Source of the DNA: Thermotogota bacterium | GTDB taxonomy: Bacteria; Bipolaricaulota; Bipolaricaulia; UBA7950; UBA9294 | Assembly (NCBI GenBank): GCA_039679545.1 | Contig: JBDKUT010000090.1 | Span: 1-43,540 of the forward strand | Length of the DNA: 43,540 bases | Direction of reading: 5' to 3' | Shown: piece by piece, positions 35,263-43,540 of the stretch | How the letters are laid out: every line of letters starts with the position of its first letter | Position numbering within the stretch: position 1 is the first letter of the stretch | Translations under genes and position numbers: made by a program | The notes under the pieces: generated by a model | Databases searched by the model: none | Told to the model about the DNA's origin: nothing | The model's input: the letters and a program-made list of their open reading frames with translations, nothing else

Positions 35263-36072
35263 CTGGACCTCTTTGCAGCGCTTCGCGCGGTGGAGCCTGT
35301 GCTCCTCGCACAGCGAAGGTTGATTCGGCTGGATCCGAAGCGTGAGACCGTCTTCGTGGGCGACACCCACGGCGACCTCGACGCGACCGAGGAGGTCCTC
35401 GCCCGGTACTCCTCGCCCGATGCGGCCATCGTCTTCCTCGGAGATGTTGTGGACCGAGGCCCACAGTCGAGGGAGAACCTGGCGCGGATTCTCGCCGCCG
35501 TGGCTGCGGACTCCGAGCGAACGATCCTGCTGATGGGGAACCACGAGGCGTGGGACATTGCAAGGTTCTCCCCCGCCGACTTCTGGGACAGTCTCCCGTC
35601 CGATGAGGAGCCGACCGTCGCGCGGGTCCTCCGCTCGCTCCCGCTGGCGGCGTGGCATCCCGCGGGCGTCCTTGCCCTCCACGGCGCCCTCCCCGACCTG
35701 CGTTCGCTCGAGAGCATCAACGCCGTTGACCTCGGTTCGCCGGCGTGGCGGGACATCACCTGGGGCGATTGGCGAGATGTCGTGCGCGTTGATGGTCGAG
35801 CAGGCTTCACGGGCCGTCCGACGTATGGCGCCGACGTATTTCGCGAGCGATCGCGGCACCTGGGAGTTCGCGTCCTCGTTCGGTCGCACCAACCGGATGC
35901 CCCGACGTACCTCTTCGGAGATCGATGCCTCACGCTGTTCACGTCGAGCGCGTACGGAGACGGACGCCGCCACGTCGCCGTGCTTTCTTGGAACGTTCAG
36001 GTCGGAACGGCCCGAGACCTGGCTCTTGCGGAGGTTCGCTCTTGTTCGAGGGGACGCGGCCCGATACCGTGA
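35263..36072 (+). CDS. Calcineurin-like metallophosphoesterase (PPP family)
   Basis: GDTHG, GDVVDRG, GNHE, HG and RSHQ motifs. The start is uncertain (CTG 35263 after GGGAGG, or GTG 35290). Confidence 0.85.
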   Translation: MDLFAALRAVEPVLLAQRRLIRLDPKRETVFVGDTHGDLDATEEVLARYSSPDAAIVFLGDVVDRGPQSRENLARILAAVAADSERTILLMGNHEAWDIARFSPADFWDSLPSDEEPTVARVLRSLPLAAWHPAGVLALHGALPDLRSLESINAVDLGSPAWRDITWGDWRDVVRVDGRAGFTGRPTYGADVFRERSRHLGVRVLVRSHQPDAPTYLFGDRCLTLFTSSAYGDGRRHVAVLSWNVQVGTARDLALAEVRSCSRGRGPIP

Positions 36073-36126
36073 GGGTGATCGGATCGGGAGGGACGGCCCC
36101 GACATCGACACAAGGAGGGATTCTTG

Positions 36127-37236
36127 ATGTTCGATCCTCGCGTCTCCAAGCTTGCCGAGGTCTTGGTCCAGTACTCGGTCGGTGTTCATCCAGACGATAA
36201 GGTGTTCATCCAGGGCGGACCCGCGGCGATTCCTCTCATCAAGGCAGTCGTTGTGGAGGTCCTCCGGGCCGGGGGACATCCGTTCACGCGCATGACCGTA
36301 CCGGACCTAGACGAACTCGTCTATCGCCACGCGTCGGACGCGCAGCTGCGCCACGTCCCCGAGCCGACACGCCTCATCTACGAGACGTACGACGTGATGA
36401 TCACGTTCTGGAGCTCCGACAACACGAAGTCGCTGACGAACGTGCCGCCGGAGAAGCTGGTCCTGTCCAACCAGGCCACGAAAGACCTCTCGCGAACGTT
36501 CATGCAGCGGATGGCCACACAGGACCTCCGCTGGGTCGGCACGCTCTACCCAACGGCCGCTTACGCGCAGGACGCCGAGATGGGAGTACACGAGTACGAG
36601 GACTTCGTCTACAACGCCTGCCTGCCGGACCCCCAGGACCCCGTCTCCGTCTGGAAGAAGCTCTCGGCGTGGCAGCAGAAGCTTGTCGACTGGCTCGACG
36701 GAAAGAAAGAACTGCGTGTCGAGGGACCCAACGTCGACCTGCGAATGAAGATCGCCGGACGTACGTTCAAGAATTGCGACGGGAAGAACAACATGCCGGA
36801 CGGAGAGATCTTCACGGGCCCCGTGGAGGACAGCGTCGAGGGGCACGTTCGATTCTCGTACCCAACGGTCTTCCAGGGACGCAAGCTCACCGGTGTCGAG
36901 CTCTGGTTCAAGAAGGGAAAGGTCACCCAGGCCAAGGCGGACACGGGAGACGAGTTCCTCCAGAAGACGCTCGATGTCGACGCAGGCGCCCGCTCCGTTG
37001 GGGAGTTCGCCGTGGGCACGAACCGGGGGATCACCCGAGCGACGGGGAACACCCTTTTCGACGAGAAGATCAACGGGAGCTTCCACATGGCCCTCGGAGC
37101 CGGAATGCCCGAAACCGGGAGCCGAAACGAGTCGGCGATCCACTGGGATATGGTTTGCGATCTGATGCAGGGCGGGCGGATCTACGTGGACGACAAGCTG
37201 ATCTACGAAAGCGGGCAGTTCCTGATTGCCACGTGA
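36127..37236 (+). CDS. Aminopeptidase, M29 (AmpS/AmpT) family
   Basis: 'NMPDGEIFTGP', 'GEFAVG', 'LFDEKI..SFHMALG', 'SAIHWDMV'. Confidence 0.92.
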   Translation: MFDPRVSKLAEVLVQYSVGVHPDDKVFIQGGPAAIPLIKAVVVEVLRAGGHPFTRMTVPDLDELVYRHASDAQLRHVPEPTRLIYETYDVMITFWSSDNTKSLTNVPPEKLVLSNQATKDLSRTFMQRMATQDLRWVGTLYPTAAYAQDAEMGVHEYEDFVYNACLPDPQDPVSVWKKLSAWQQKLVDWLDGKKELRVEGPNVDLRMKIAGRTFKNCDGKNNMPDGEIFTGPVEDSVEGHVRFSYPTVFQGRKLTGVELWFKKGKVTQAKADTGDEFLQKTLDVDAGARSVGEFAVGTNRGITRATGNTLFDEKINGSFHMALGAGMPETGSRNESAIHWDMVCDLMQGGRIYVDDKLIYESGQFLIAT

Positions 37237-37243
37237 GAGGACT

Positions 37244-38602
37244 GTGGACCGCGCCCTTGTCCAAGCCATCGAACAGGCCGCGCTCGCCGATCAGTTGATC
37301 GCAGACCGCCGCGACTTTCATCGGTACGCCGAGTCGGGATGGACGGAATTCCGAACCTCGTCGCTGATCGCACGGCGCTTAGATAGGCTCGGTTTTGAGG
37401 TCCTCACCGGGCGAAGCGTCTGCGCGGCCGACGCCCGAATGGGTGTTCCGCCGGACTCGGTTCTCGAGATGCACCGTCTCCGAGCCATCGATCAGGGAGG
37501 CGACCCCGAGTACATCGAGGCCGCTCGCGGCGGGTTCACGGGGGTTGTCGCGTCGTTCCACGCCGGAACCGGACCCATGGTGGCCTTGCGATTCGACATC
37601 GACGCCCTCGACCTCGTTGAGAGCGATGCGCCGATCCACCGCCCGACTCGGGAGGGGTTCGCGTCCGTGAACGTCGGGACGTGCCACGCGTGCGGACACG
37701 ACGGCCACGCTGCCGTAGGGCTGGGAGTTGCCGAGGTCCTCGCGAGGCTTCGCGGGGCATTCCAGGGATCCGTAAGGCTTATCTTCCAGCCAGCGGAAGA
37801 GGGAGTGCGCGGCGCACGGTCGATCGTCGAGGCCGGACACCTCAACGACGTCGACGTCCTGATCGGACATCACCTGTTCACCGGATGGGATTTGGGAGAG
37901 ATGGCCCCGTCCATGAACGGCTATGCGGCGACCCGCAAGTTCGACGTCACGTTCGAGGGAGCGGCGGCGCATGCCGGTGGGTCGCCCGAAGAGGGGCGCA
38001 ACGCGCTGCTCGCCGCGGCCACGGCAACGATCGGGCTGCATGCGCTGCCCCGACATCGGTCCGGGTTCACGCGAGTCAACGTCGGACGCCTCGAGGGAGG
38101 AACCGGGCGGAACATCGTCCCGAGTCGCGCCGTCCTCGTGGCGGAGGTCCGCGGAGAGACGTCGCCCTTGTGCGATTCGATGTACGAACGTGCGATGCGC
38201 GTGGTCGAGTCCGCGGCGTCCATGTACAACTGCGGCACGACGGTACGTCCAATGGGCGAAGCGGGAACCGCAAGCTGCGACGCCGCACTGGCCGAACGGG
38301 TGAAGACGATCGGTGCACGGCTGGGCGGCTTCACCTTCCAGAGCGTGGATCGGATGGGCGGAAGCGAGGATTTCACGGAGATGATGCGGCGCGTTCAGTC
38401 GCACGGCGGTCTCGCAACGAACATCGGCGTCGGCGCCGATCTTCACGGCGTGCGCCGAGACGCTCTCGACCGCTCGGCCGTTCTCGGCGGGCACACCCCA
38501 ACTTTCGATTTCGATGAGCGGGCACTGGGGTTGGCAGTCCACCTCCTTGCCGCTCTAGCCATCGACACGATGAATTTGCCCGGCCGCGGCGCAGAATCGT
38601 AG
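37244..38602 (+). CDS. M20D amidohydrolase (AbgA-like)
   Basis: 'RRDFHRYAESGWTEFRT', 'RFDIDAL', 'HACGHDGH', 'FQPAEEG', 'GSEDF', 'HTPTFDFDE'. Confidence 0.9.
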   Translation: MDRALVQAIEQAALADQLIADRRDFHRYAESGWTEFRTSSLIARRLDRLGFEVLTGRSVCAADARMGVPPDSVLEMHRLRAIDQGGDPEYIEAARGGFTGVVASFHAGTGPMVALRFDIDALDLVESDAPIHRPTREGFASVNVGTCHACGHDGHAAVGLGVAEVLARLRGAFQGSVRLIFQPAEEGVRGARSIVEAGHLNDVDVLIGHHLFTGWDLGEMAPSMNGYAATRKFDVTFEGAAAHAGGSPEEGRNALLAAATATIGLHALPRHRSGFTRVNVGRLEGGTGRNIVPSRAVLVAEVRGETSPLCDSMYERAMRVVESAASMYNCGTTVRPMGEAGTASCDAALAERVKTIGARLGGFTFQSVDRMGGSEDFTEMMRRVQSHGGLATNIGVGADLHGVRRDALDRSAVLGGHTPTFDFDERALGLAVHLLAALAIDTMNLPGRGAES

Positions 38603-38713
38603 AACGGTATAGCGTTCGTAAGAACGTCGGAGATTCGCTGGACCGCACGTCCGCTCCATCATGCGATCAGGCGTCCAAGATGCTTGATGGGACATAAGGC
38701 CCACGCGACTCTC

Positions 38714-38743
38714 TTGACTCCCCCCAAGTGGAGCAGATATCCT
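38714..38743 (+). promoter_or_regulatory. Sigma70-like promoter upstream of the LysW-like gene (implies a ~285-nt leader)
   Basis: TTGACT-N18-TATCCT. Confidence 0.55.
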
Positions 38744-39034
38744 GCGAGCCTCTATCACAGATTGGCTCTTCACTTCACGAGCCCCCAGCGACCCACCGGC
38801 CCGTGCCGTGAGGAGAAGAGATGGCGGAGGACGGCTGCTCGGAATGAACGCCAGGATCTGCAAGATGGAGCGGCCTGCTCACTCCGAGGTTGCCTGATCG
38901 GCGCGGCATGGCGTTCGGTCGGAGGTGATCGCCGCTCTTCGGGTCGGGTTGGCGAGAGTTGTCGGCGTCGGAGAAGACCGGTTCCCGGTGGGCAAAGTTC
39001 TTCACCGTCGGGACTGGCGGACCATGGAGGAAAC

Positions 39035-39247
39035 ATGAGCAAGGTCGTTTGTCCTGTGTGCGACGCGGCGTTCGAGGTGGACAAGGACGAGCTCTGCCTT
39101 TTCAATCGCTTGCGGTGCGAGGAGTGCGAGGCATTGCTCGAGGTCATCGACGAGGATCCGATTCGCCTCGAGTGGATCGAGGAAGATGACGACCTCGACG
39201 AAGAAGAAGACCTCGACGAGGAAGAAGAGGAGGACGACTACATCTAG
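39035..39247 (+). CDS. LysW-like zinc-ribbon protein with poly-acidic tail
   Basis: RBS GGAGG; 'CPVC...CEECEALLEVIDEDPIRLE' matches the LysW pattern. The tail is EEDDDLDEEEDLDEEEEEDDYI. Confidence 0.8.
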   Translation: MSKVVCPVCDAAFEVDKDELCLFNRLRCEECEALLEVIDEDPIRLEWIEEDDDLDEEEDLDEEEEEDDYI

Positions 39248-39291
39248 CAGCGTTCCGTCGTCCTCAGCACGTGCGACAGGCAACGCTCAGG

Positions 39292-39340
39292 AGGAGAAGG
39301 GTGGGAAGCCTCGAAGGAGGCTGTCCACCCTTCTCCTTTT
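39292..39340. terminator. Long hairpin terminator between convergent genes
   Basis: AGGAGAAGGGTGG...CCACCCTTCTCCT with an inner AGCCTC/GAGGCT stem, followed by TTT. Confidence 0.8.
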
Positions 39341-39346
39341 CACGAT

Positions 39347-40408
39347 CTACAACCAACGACGACGACGAAAGTAATAGAGCATGCCGAGAGCCATCAGGAC
39401 CATGATTCCCAGAACCCCGAAGTAGCCGTACCGCGTAGCCAGCCCCGGCATCCAGGTGAAGTTCATTCCGTAGAGCCCCGCTACGAACGAGAGCGGCATG
39501 AAGATGGTGGTGATGATCGTCAGCATCTTCATCACCTGGTTCATTCGGTTGCTCAGGCTCGACAGGTACACGTCCATGACGCTGCTCAGCATCTCGCGGA
39601 ACGTCTCGACGGTGTCGATGATCTGCACCGTGTGATCGTAGGCGTCGCGAAGGTACGGAAGCGTCTCCGGAGCGAGAAGGCGGGAGTCGCCGTGTTGAAG
39701 TCGGCTTAGGACCTCGCGGAGGGGCCAGATCGACTTGCGCATGTACAAAAGCTCCCGCTGGAGAAGACGGATCTCGTCGACGTCCGATTGTGAAGGCGAG
39801 CAAGTCACCCGCTCATACACCTCCTCGACCCAATCCCCGATGTGCTCGAGCACAACGAAGTAGTTGTCGACGATGGAATCGACCAAGGAGTAGAAGAGGA
39901 AGTCGGCCCCGGCGCGACGGATCCTCCCTCGCCCGTCGCGGATGCGCTCTCGAACCGGATCGAACACGTCCCCGGGATTCTCCTGGAACGAGACAACCCA
40001 CGAGGGGCCGAGCACGAGGCTCACCTGCTCGTCCTCGATCTCCCGCCGCTCCTCGTGGTACTGCAGCATCCGGAGGGATGCGAACAGCAGTGAGTCGTAG
40101 TCCTCAAGTTTCGGGCGCTGCAGCGTGTGCATGATGTCCTCGAGGAGGAGCGGATGGATGTCGCCCATCCGCCCGACCTGCTCGATGATCGCGGCGTCAT
40201 GCACCCCGTCGACGTTCAGCCACAGCACCCCGGACTCCGTGTCTCGAGGAAGGGCACATGCAAGGTCCGGGTGAGTTTCCTCGACCGACGCCGCGTTATA
40301 TCGGAAGAGCGTCAGGCGCGTCGCCTCCTGACGGGCGTCCCCAACGTGTACGAGCGCCCCCGGATCCTGACCCGCCGTTCGCCGAGTCTGCCTCACAAAT
40401 CTCGCCAT
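39347..40408 (-). CDS. corA: Magnesium/cobalt transporter CorA
   Basis: 'HPLLLEDI...QRPKLE', 'MKMLTII..IFMPLSFVAGLYGMNF' (GMN signature), and 2 C-terminal TMs. Confidence 0.95.
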   Translation of the reverse strand: MARFVRQTRRTAGQDPGALVHVGDARQEATRLTLFRYNAASVEETHPDLACALPRDTESGVLWLNVDGVHDAAIIEQVGRMGDIHPLLLEDIMHTLQRPKLEDYDSLLFASLRMLQYHEERREIEDEQVSLVLGPSWVVSFQENPGDVFDPVRERIRDGRGRIRRAGADFLFYSLVDSIVDNYFVVLEHIGDWVEEVYERVTCSPSQSDVDEIRLLQRELLYMRKSIWPLREVLSRLQHGDSRLLAPETLPYLRDAYDHTVQIIDTVETFREMLSSVMDVYLSSLSNRMNQVMKMLTIITTIFMPLSFVAGLYGMNFTWMPGLATRYGYFGVLGIMVLMALGMLYYFRRRRWL

Positions 40409-40526
40409 GTCGTCACCGCAGGGAACGATACGTCCTGTGAAAAGGCTCGACAACTGGATGGCTTGTGGAGCTGTTCGTCAGGACGCTATCCTCTCACGTT
40501 CCGCACAACGACGAACGGGAGGATCG

Positions 40527-41261
40527 ATGAACAAAGCCGCTCTACGGCCGGTGATCTTCGAGATCCTGCGCAGGACTCCCCAGACGCACCTTCACGCCAT
40601 TGAGACCGAGATTCGGCAGCGCGTGGACGGCTACGCGCGCGCCGCCGCCGTGCGGGTTCATGAGGTCGTGTGGGATCTCCTCGTTCAGGGGGTGCTCGCG
40701 CCCGGAAAAAACTCGCTCAATCTTCATCTGCCGTTCGTCCACGTTACGGAGTACGGCGCGCAGAGTCTTGAAGAGGGGGCGGCCCTTGCGCACGACCCGG
40801 ACGCGTACGTCGCCAAAATCACCGAGGAATCGGGACGCCGTGCGTCGCCCGTCGTCGTCGAAAGCGGGCGGGATGCCCAACTTGCGTACAGCCATGGGCT
40901 CTATCGTGTCGTGGTCCTCCTCCTGGCGCGCGCCGCCGACGATGTGCGAGCCGCCCTCGCCATTGCGCTTTCCAAGGGATCCAAGCACGACGCGGAACAA
41001 GCCACGGCCCCCTCCATCGAGGCGCTGCGAAGAGCTCTCGCTCGGCTCGAGCTCCCGGCCGACGTCGCCCGCGACATCGACCCGCAGCTCGGCGGTTTGG
41101 AGACGGTGATCCTCCTCTCGCGCAATCGCGACGGGACGCCGCACGTTCCCGCCGTCGACCGCGATCGCGCCCTCGCTTTCCTGCTCTTGTTTCCCGGCCA
41201 GTGCGGGTTCGTCTACCATCTGATTGACCGGATCGAGCGCGAACGAGAAGCGGAGTCGTAA
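40527..41261 (+). CDS. Hypothetical protein, wHTH + possible degenerate HEPN-like domain
   Basis: RBS GGGAGG. 'WDLLVQGVLAPG...VHVTEYG' is wHTH-like, followed by a helical C-terminus with 'RNRDGT'. Confidence 0.55.
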   Translation: MNKAALRPVIFEILRRTPQTHLHAIETEIRQRVDGYARAAAVRVHEVVWDLLVQGVLAPGKNSLNLHLPFVHVTEYGAQSLEEGAALAHDPDAYVAKITEESGRRASPVVVESGRDAQLAYSHGLYRVVVLLLARAADDVRAALAIALSKGSKHDAEQATAPSIEALRRALARLELPADVARDIDPQLGGLETVILLSRNRDGTPHVPAVDRDRALAFLLLFPGQCGFVYHLIDRIEREREAES

Positions 41262-41299
41262 CCGCGTTGACGCTACGTCGCGAGCCCAAAGGAGGCCTC

Positions 41300-41737
41300 T
41301 TGGTCGCCAGCTTTCCTGCCGTTGTTGCCGCGTTGGCCGGAGGAGCCGCCATCTGTCTGCAATCGCTCTTCTCGGGAACCTTGGGAGAGCGCGTCGGGGT
41401 GATGGGAAGTGTGTTCGTCGTTCACGCCGGGGGGCTGTTGCTGGCCGCGTTCTTCATTCTCGGAGCACGGGGAGGGGGTCTCGCGGCGTGGCGCTCCGTC
41501 CCGTGGTACGCGCTGTGCGCCGGCTTCCTTGGGGTCGGAATCGTCGCCGCCGTGAGCTACACCGTGCCCCGCCTCGGCTTGGCCGCAACCCTAACGCTGA
41601 CCATCGCGGCTCAGCTCGTGCTCGGCGCCGTGCTCGACCACTTCGGCTGGCTGGGCGCAGGACCGCGACCGTTGGATGCGTCTCGAGCGGCGGGGATGGG
41701 CGTGCTCCTCGTCGGCACATGGCTCATGCTGCGGTAG
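41300..41737 (+). CDS. DMT-superfamily transporter (YdcZ/DUF606-like)
   Basis: 'AGGAAICLQ', 'PWYALCAGFLG', 'PRLG', 'AQLVLGAVLDHFGWLG'. TTG start after AAGGAGG. Confidence 0.88.
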   Translation: MVASFPAVVAALAGGAAICLQSLFSGTLGERVGVMGSVFVVHAGGLLLAAFFILGARGGGLAAWRSVPWYALCAGFLGVGIVAAVSYTVPRLGLAATLTLTIAAQLVLGAVLDHFGWLGAGPRPLDASRAAGMGVLLVGTWLMLR

Positions 41738-41754
41738 TGGGAAGAGGCCGTCTC

Positions 41755-42480
41755 GTGAATGAGAACGCACGGAGTCGCGGCAAGGAAGACCGTCCTGCCG
41801 GCCCGCGCATCGGCACACTCAACGAAAAACCGCTCCACGCGGCCCTTAAGGAGTGGCTCGCTGAGGATGGAGACCAGTTCGAGGTCCCCGTCGATGGGTT
41901 TGTCGCCGACATCCTGCGCGGAAACATTGTGATCGAAATCCAGACAGGGTCGGCGTCCGGGCTCGAGCGCAAGTTGCGGACACTGCTGAAGCGGCGCCAA
42001 GTCCGCCTCGTTCTTCCGATTCCCGCGGAGCGAACCATCGTGCACCTCGACGAATCGAACGCCGTACGACGAACTCGCAAGTCCCCACAACACGGCGGTG
42101 CCGTCGATGCATTCCGGGAGTTCGTGTTCCTGCGCAACCTGCTCGGCGACACGAACTTGTCCATCGATGCCTTGCTGATCCGCGAAACAGAGTTGCGTCG
42201 GGGGAACACAACACGTCGCAGACGGCGGGGCTCGGTACGCGAGGAACGCCACTTGGTCGAGGTGGTCGACTGCTTGTCGTTCCACCATCCGGCCGACTAC
42301 CTGGCGGTGATCCCCACCGATCTGCGGGAGCCTTTCACTACGGCCGACCTCGCCCGATCCATCAGACAGCCTCGATGGATGGCGCAGAAGATTGCCTACG
42401 TTCTTCGAGAGATGGGCGTCCTGACACCGTCCGGGAAGCGGGGCAACGCCATCCTGTACGAGCGAAGCCTGGGCTCTTGA
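41755..42480 (+). CDS. Hypothetical PD-(D/E)xK-like nuclease with C-terminal wHTH
   Basis: 'EKPLHAALK', 'ADI...IEIQT', and C-terminal 'FTTADLA...YVLREMG..GKRGNAILY'. Confidence 0.65.
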   Translation: MNENARSRGKEDRPAGPRIGTLNEKPLHAALKEWLAEDGDQFEVPVDGFVADILRGNIVIEIQTGSASGLERKLRTLLKRRQVRLVLPIPAERTIVHLDESNAVRRTRKSPQHGGAVDAFREFVFLRNLLGDTNLSIDALLIRETELRRGNTTRRRRRGSVREERHLVEVVDCLSFHHPADYLAVIPTDLREPFTTADLARSIRQPRWMAQKIAYVLREMGVLTPSGKRGNAILYERSLGS

Positions 42481-42533
42481 GCGCCCGCGCGTCGGGGAAG
42501 ACGCTGCCGGGCGGTGCGGGTACGATCCTGGCA

Positions 42534-43205
42534 ATGAACGACAAGATCTCGCCGCGTCATGAACTCCCGGAGTATACAACCGGGGAGCAGATCGCCAACA
42601 GCGTGACCCACGGCGTGGGCGCATTGCTCAGCCTCTTTGGAACGGCACTTCTGATCTACTTGACTGTCCCCAGTGGATCGGTTCGCCACCTCGTCGCTCT
42701 GTCGGTGTACGGGGCAAGCCTCTTCCTGCTGCACCTGTCGTCGACCCTCTACCACGCGCTCCGTCCTCCGCGGGCGCGAAGAGTGTTCCGGGTCTTCGAC
42801 CATTGCTCCATCTACCTCCTGATCGCGGGAACGTACACGCCCTTCCTCCTTCTCTCGCTGTGGGGTCGATGGGGGCTGACCCTCCTCATTGCGATTTGGA
42901 CGCTCGCAACGGCGGGGATCGTCTTCAAGAGCGTCTTCATGGGGCGCTTGCGACGGTCGTCGGTCGTCCTGTACGTCGCGATGGGGTGGATGATCGTGGT
43001 GGCCGCTCGTGAGGCGTGGCTTCGGGTTCCCCACGAGGCGATCGCCTACGTCGCCGCGGGAGGGCTTTTGTACACCGCCGGAGTCGGCTTCTACGCCTGG
43101 AAGCGTCTACCGTACAGCCACGCGATCTGGCACCTGTTCGTGCTCGGGGGGAGTGCCTGCCACTACGTCGCCATTCTCCTGTACCTCGTCCCGCGCTCGG
43201 TGTAG
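42534..43205 (+). CDS. Haemolysin III / PAQR family membrane protein
   Basis: 'EQIANSVTHG', 'SSTLYH', 'DHCSIYLLIAGTYTP', 'HAIWHLFV'. Confidence 0.93.
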   Translation: MNDKISPRHELPEYTTGEQIANSVTHGVGALLSLFGTALLIYLTVPSGSVRHLVALSVYGASLFLLHLSSTLYHALRPPRARRVFRVFDHCSIYLLIAGTYTPFLLLSLWGRWGLTLLIAIWTLATAGIVFKSVFMGRLRRSSVVLYVAMGWMIVVAAREAWLRVPHEAIAYVAAGGLLYTAGVGFYAWKRLPYSHAIWHLFVLGGSACHYVAILLYLVPRSV

Positions 43206-43297
43206 ACGGGACCTGGAGTTCACGGGAAGCTGTCGCTAGAATCGGTTTGTCGGATCCTTGCGTTTCTCAACCTCAAACGAGAAGGAGTCTTGGAGTC

Positions 43298-43540
43298 ATG
43301 CCTCTGCGTTGTGGTCTCGTCGGCGTTCCCGGGTGCGGGAAGACGACGATTTTCAACGCCGTGACGTCGGCCGGAACGTCAATCTTCGACGCCGCGGAAT
43401 CCCATCGCGCGACCGTCGCGGTGCCGGACCCACGCGTTGACCGGCTCGTCAACCTTTATCGAACAGGGAAGGTCGTCCGCGCCAGCGTTGAAATCGTCGA
43501 CATCCCGGGGCTCTCCGAAGGATCGACCGCGGACGGAGGA
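43298..43540 (+). CDS. ychF: YchF-family ATPase (5' part only; not in the ORF track)
   Basis: RBS and ATG 43298. Translates MPLRCGLVGVPGCGKTTIFNAVT...VAVPDPRVDRL...VEIVDIPGL. Confidence 0.8.
   Translation, partial: MPLRCGLVGVPGCGKTTIFNAVTSAGTSIFDAAESHRATVAVPDPRVDRLVNLYRTGKVVRASVEIVDIPGLSEGSTADGG

Noticed and set aside
38821..38928. CxxU selenoprotein by readthrough of MAEDGCSE-TGA
   Set aside because: The readthrough product is short and featureless, and no convincing SECIS hairpin lies at the expected distance.
38750..39030. Lysine or c-di-GMP riboswitch upstream of the LysW-like gene
   Set aside because: The conserved motifs of those families were not found by eye. It is kept only as an unknown structured leader.

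Overview
High-GC bacterial window with no rRNA, tRNA, CRISPR array or mobile element seen. Gene content is tentatively consistent with Ca. Bipolaricaulota or a similar anaerobe (inference only). Left to right: (1) 1-12.6 kb, minus-strand cluster of large Cys-rich secreted Ig/cadherin-repeat proteins, a subtilase and a probable outer-membrane beta-barrel. (2) 12.8-18.8 kb, a six-gene operon: XRE-HTH/TOBE-like regulator plus an ECF importer (S, fused A-A', T), with five copies of a molybdopterin-oxidoreductase-like domain spread over three genes. This is a candidate Mo/W-cofactor scavenging system. (3) asnS. (4) 20.2-24.7 kb, a minus-strand unit of two near-identical tandem 45-aa prepeptide genes ending ...LLLCESFKWHPG, a multi-TM HD-GYP phosphodiesterase, a DUF5317 membrane protein with an LspA-like Asp pair, and an ADP-forming acyl-CoA ligase. 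This is a candidate peptide-signalling system coupled to cyclic dinucleotides. (5) rpsF-ssb-rpsR, a MrfB/MrfA-like exonuclease/helicase pair, a CofC-like protein and a GlyA-GcvT fusion. (6) A Thr-Thr-Thr-Thr leader peptide with an attenuator, ahead of a possible aspartokinase remnant. (7) mscL, a metallophosphoesterase, M29 and M20 peptidases, a LysW-like protein behind a long structured leader, corA, a HEPN-like protein, a DMT transporter, a PD-(D/E)xK-like protein, a haemolysin III protein and the start of ychF. All calls come from reading motifs by eye; no database searches were run.
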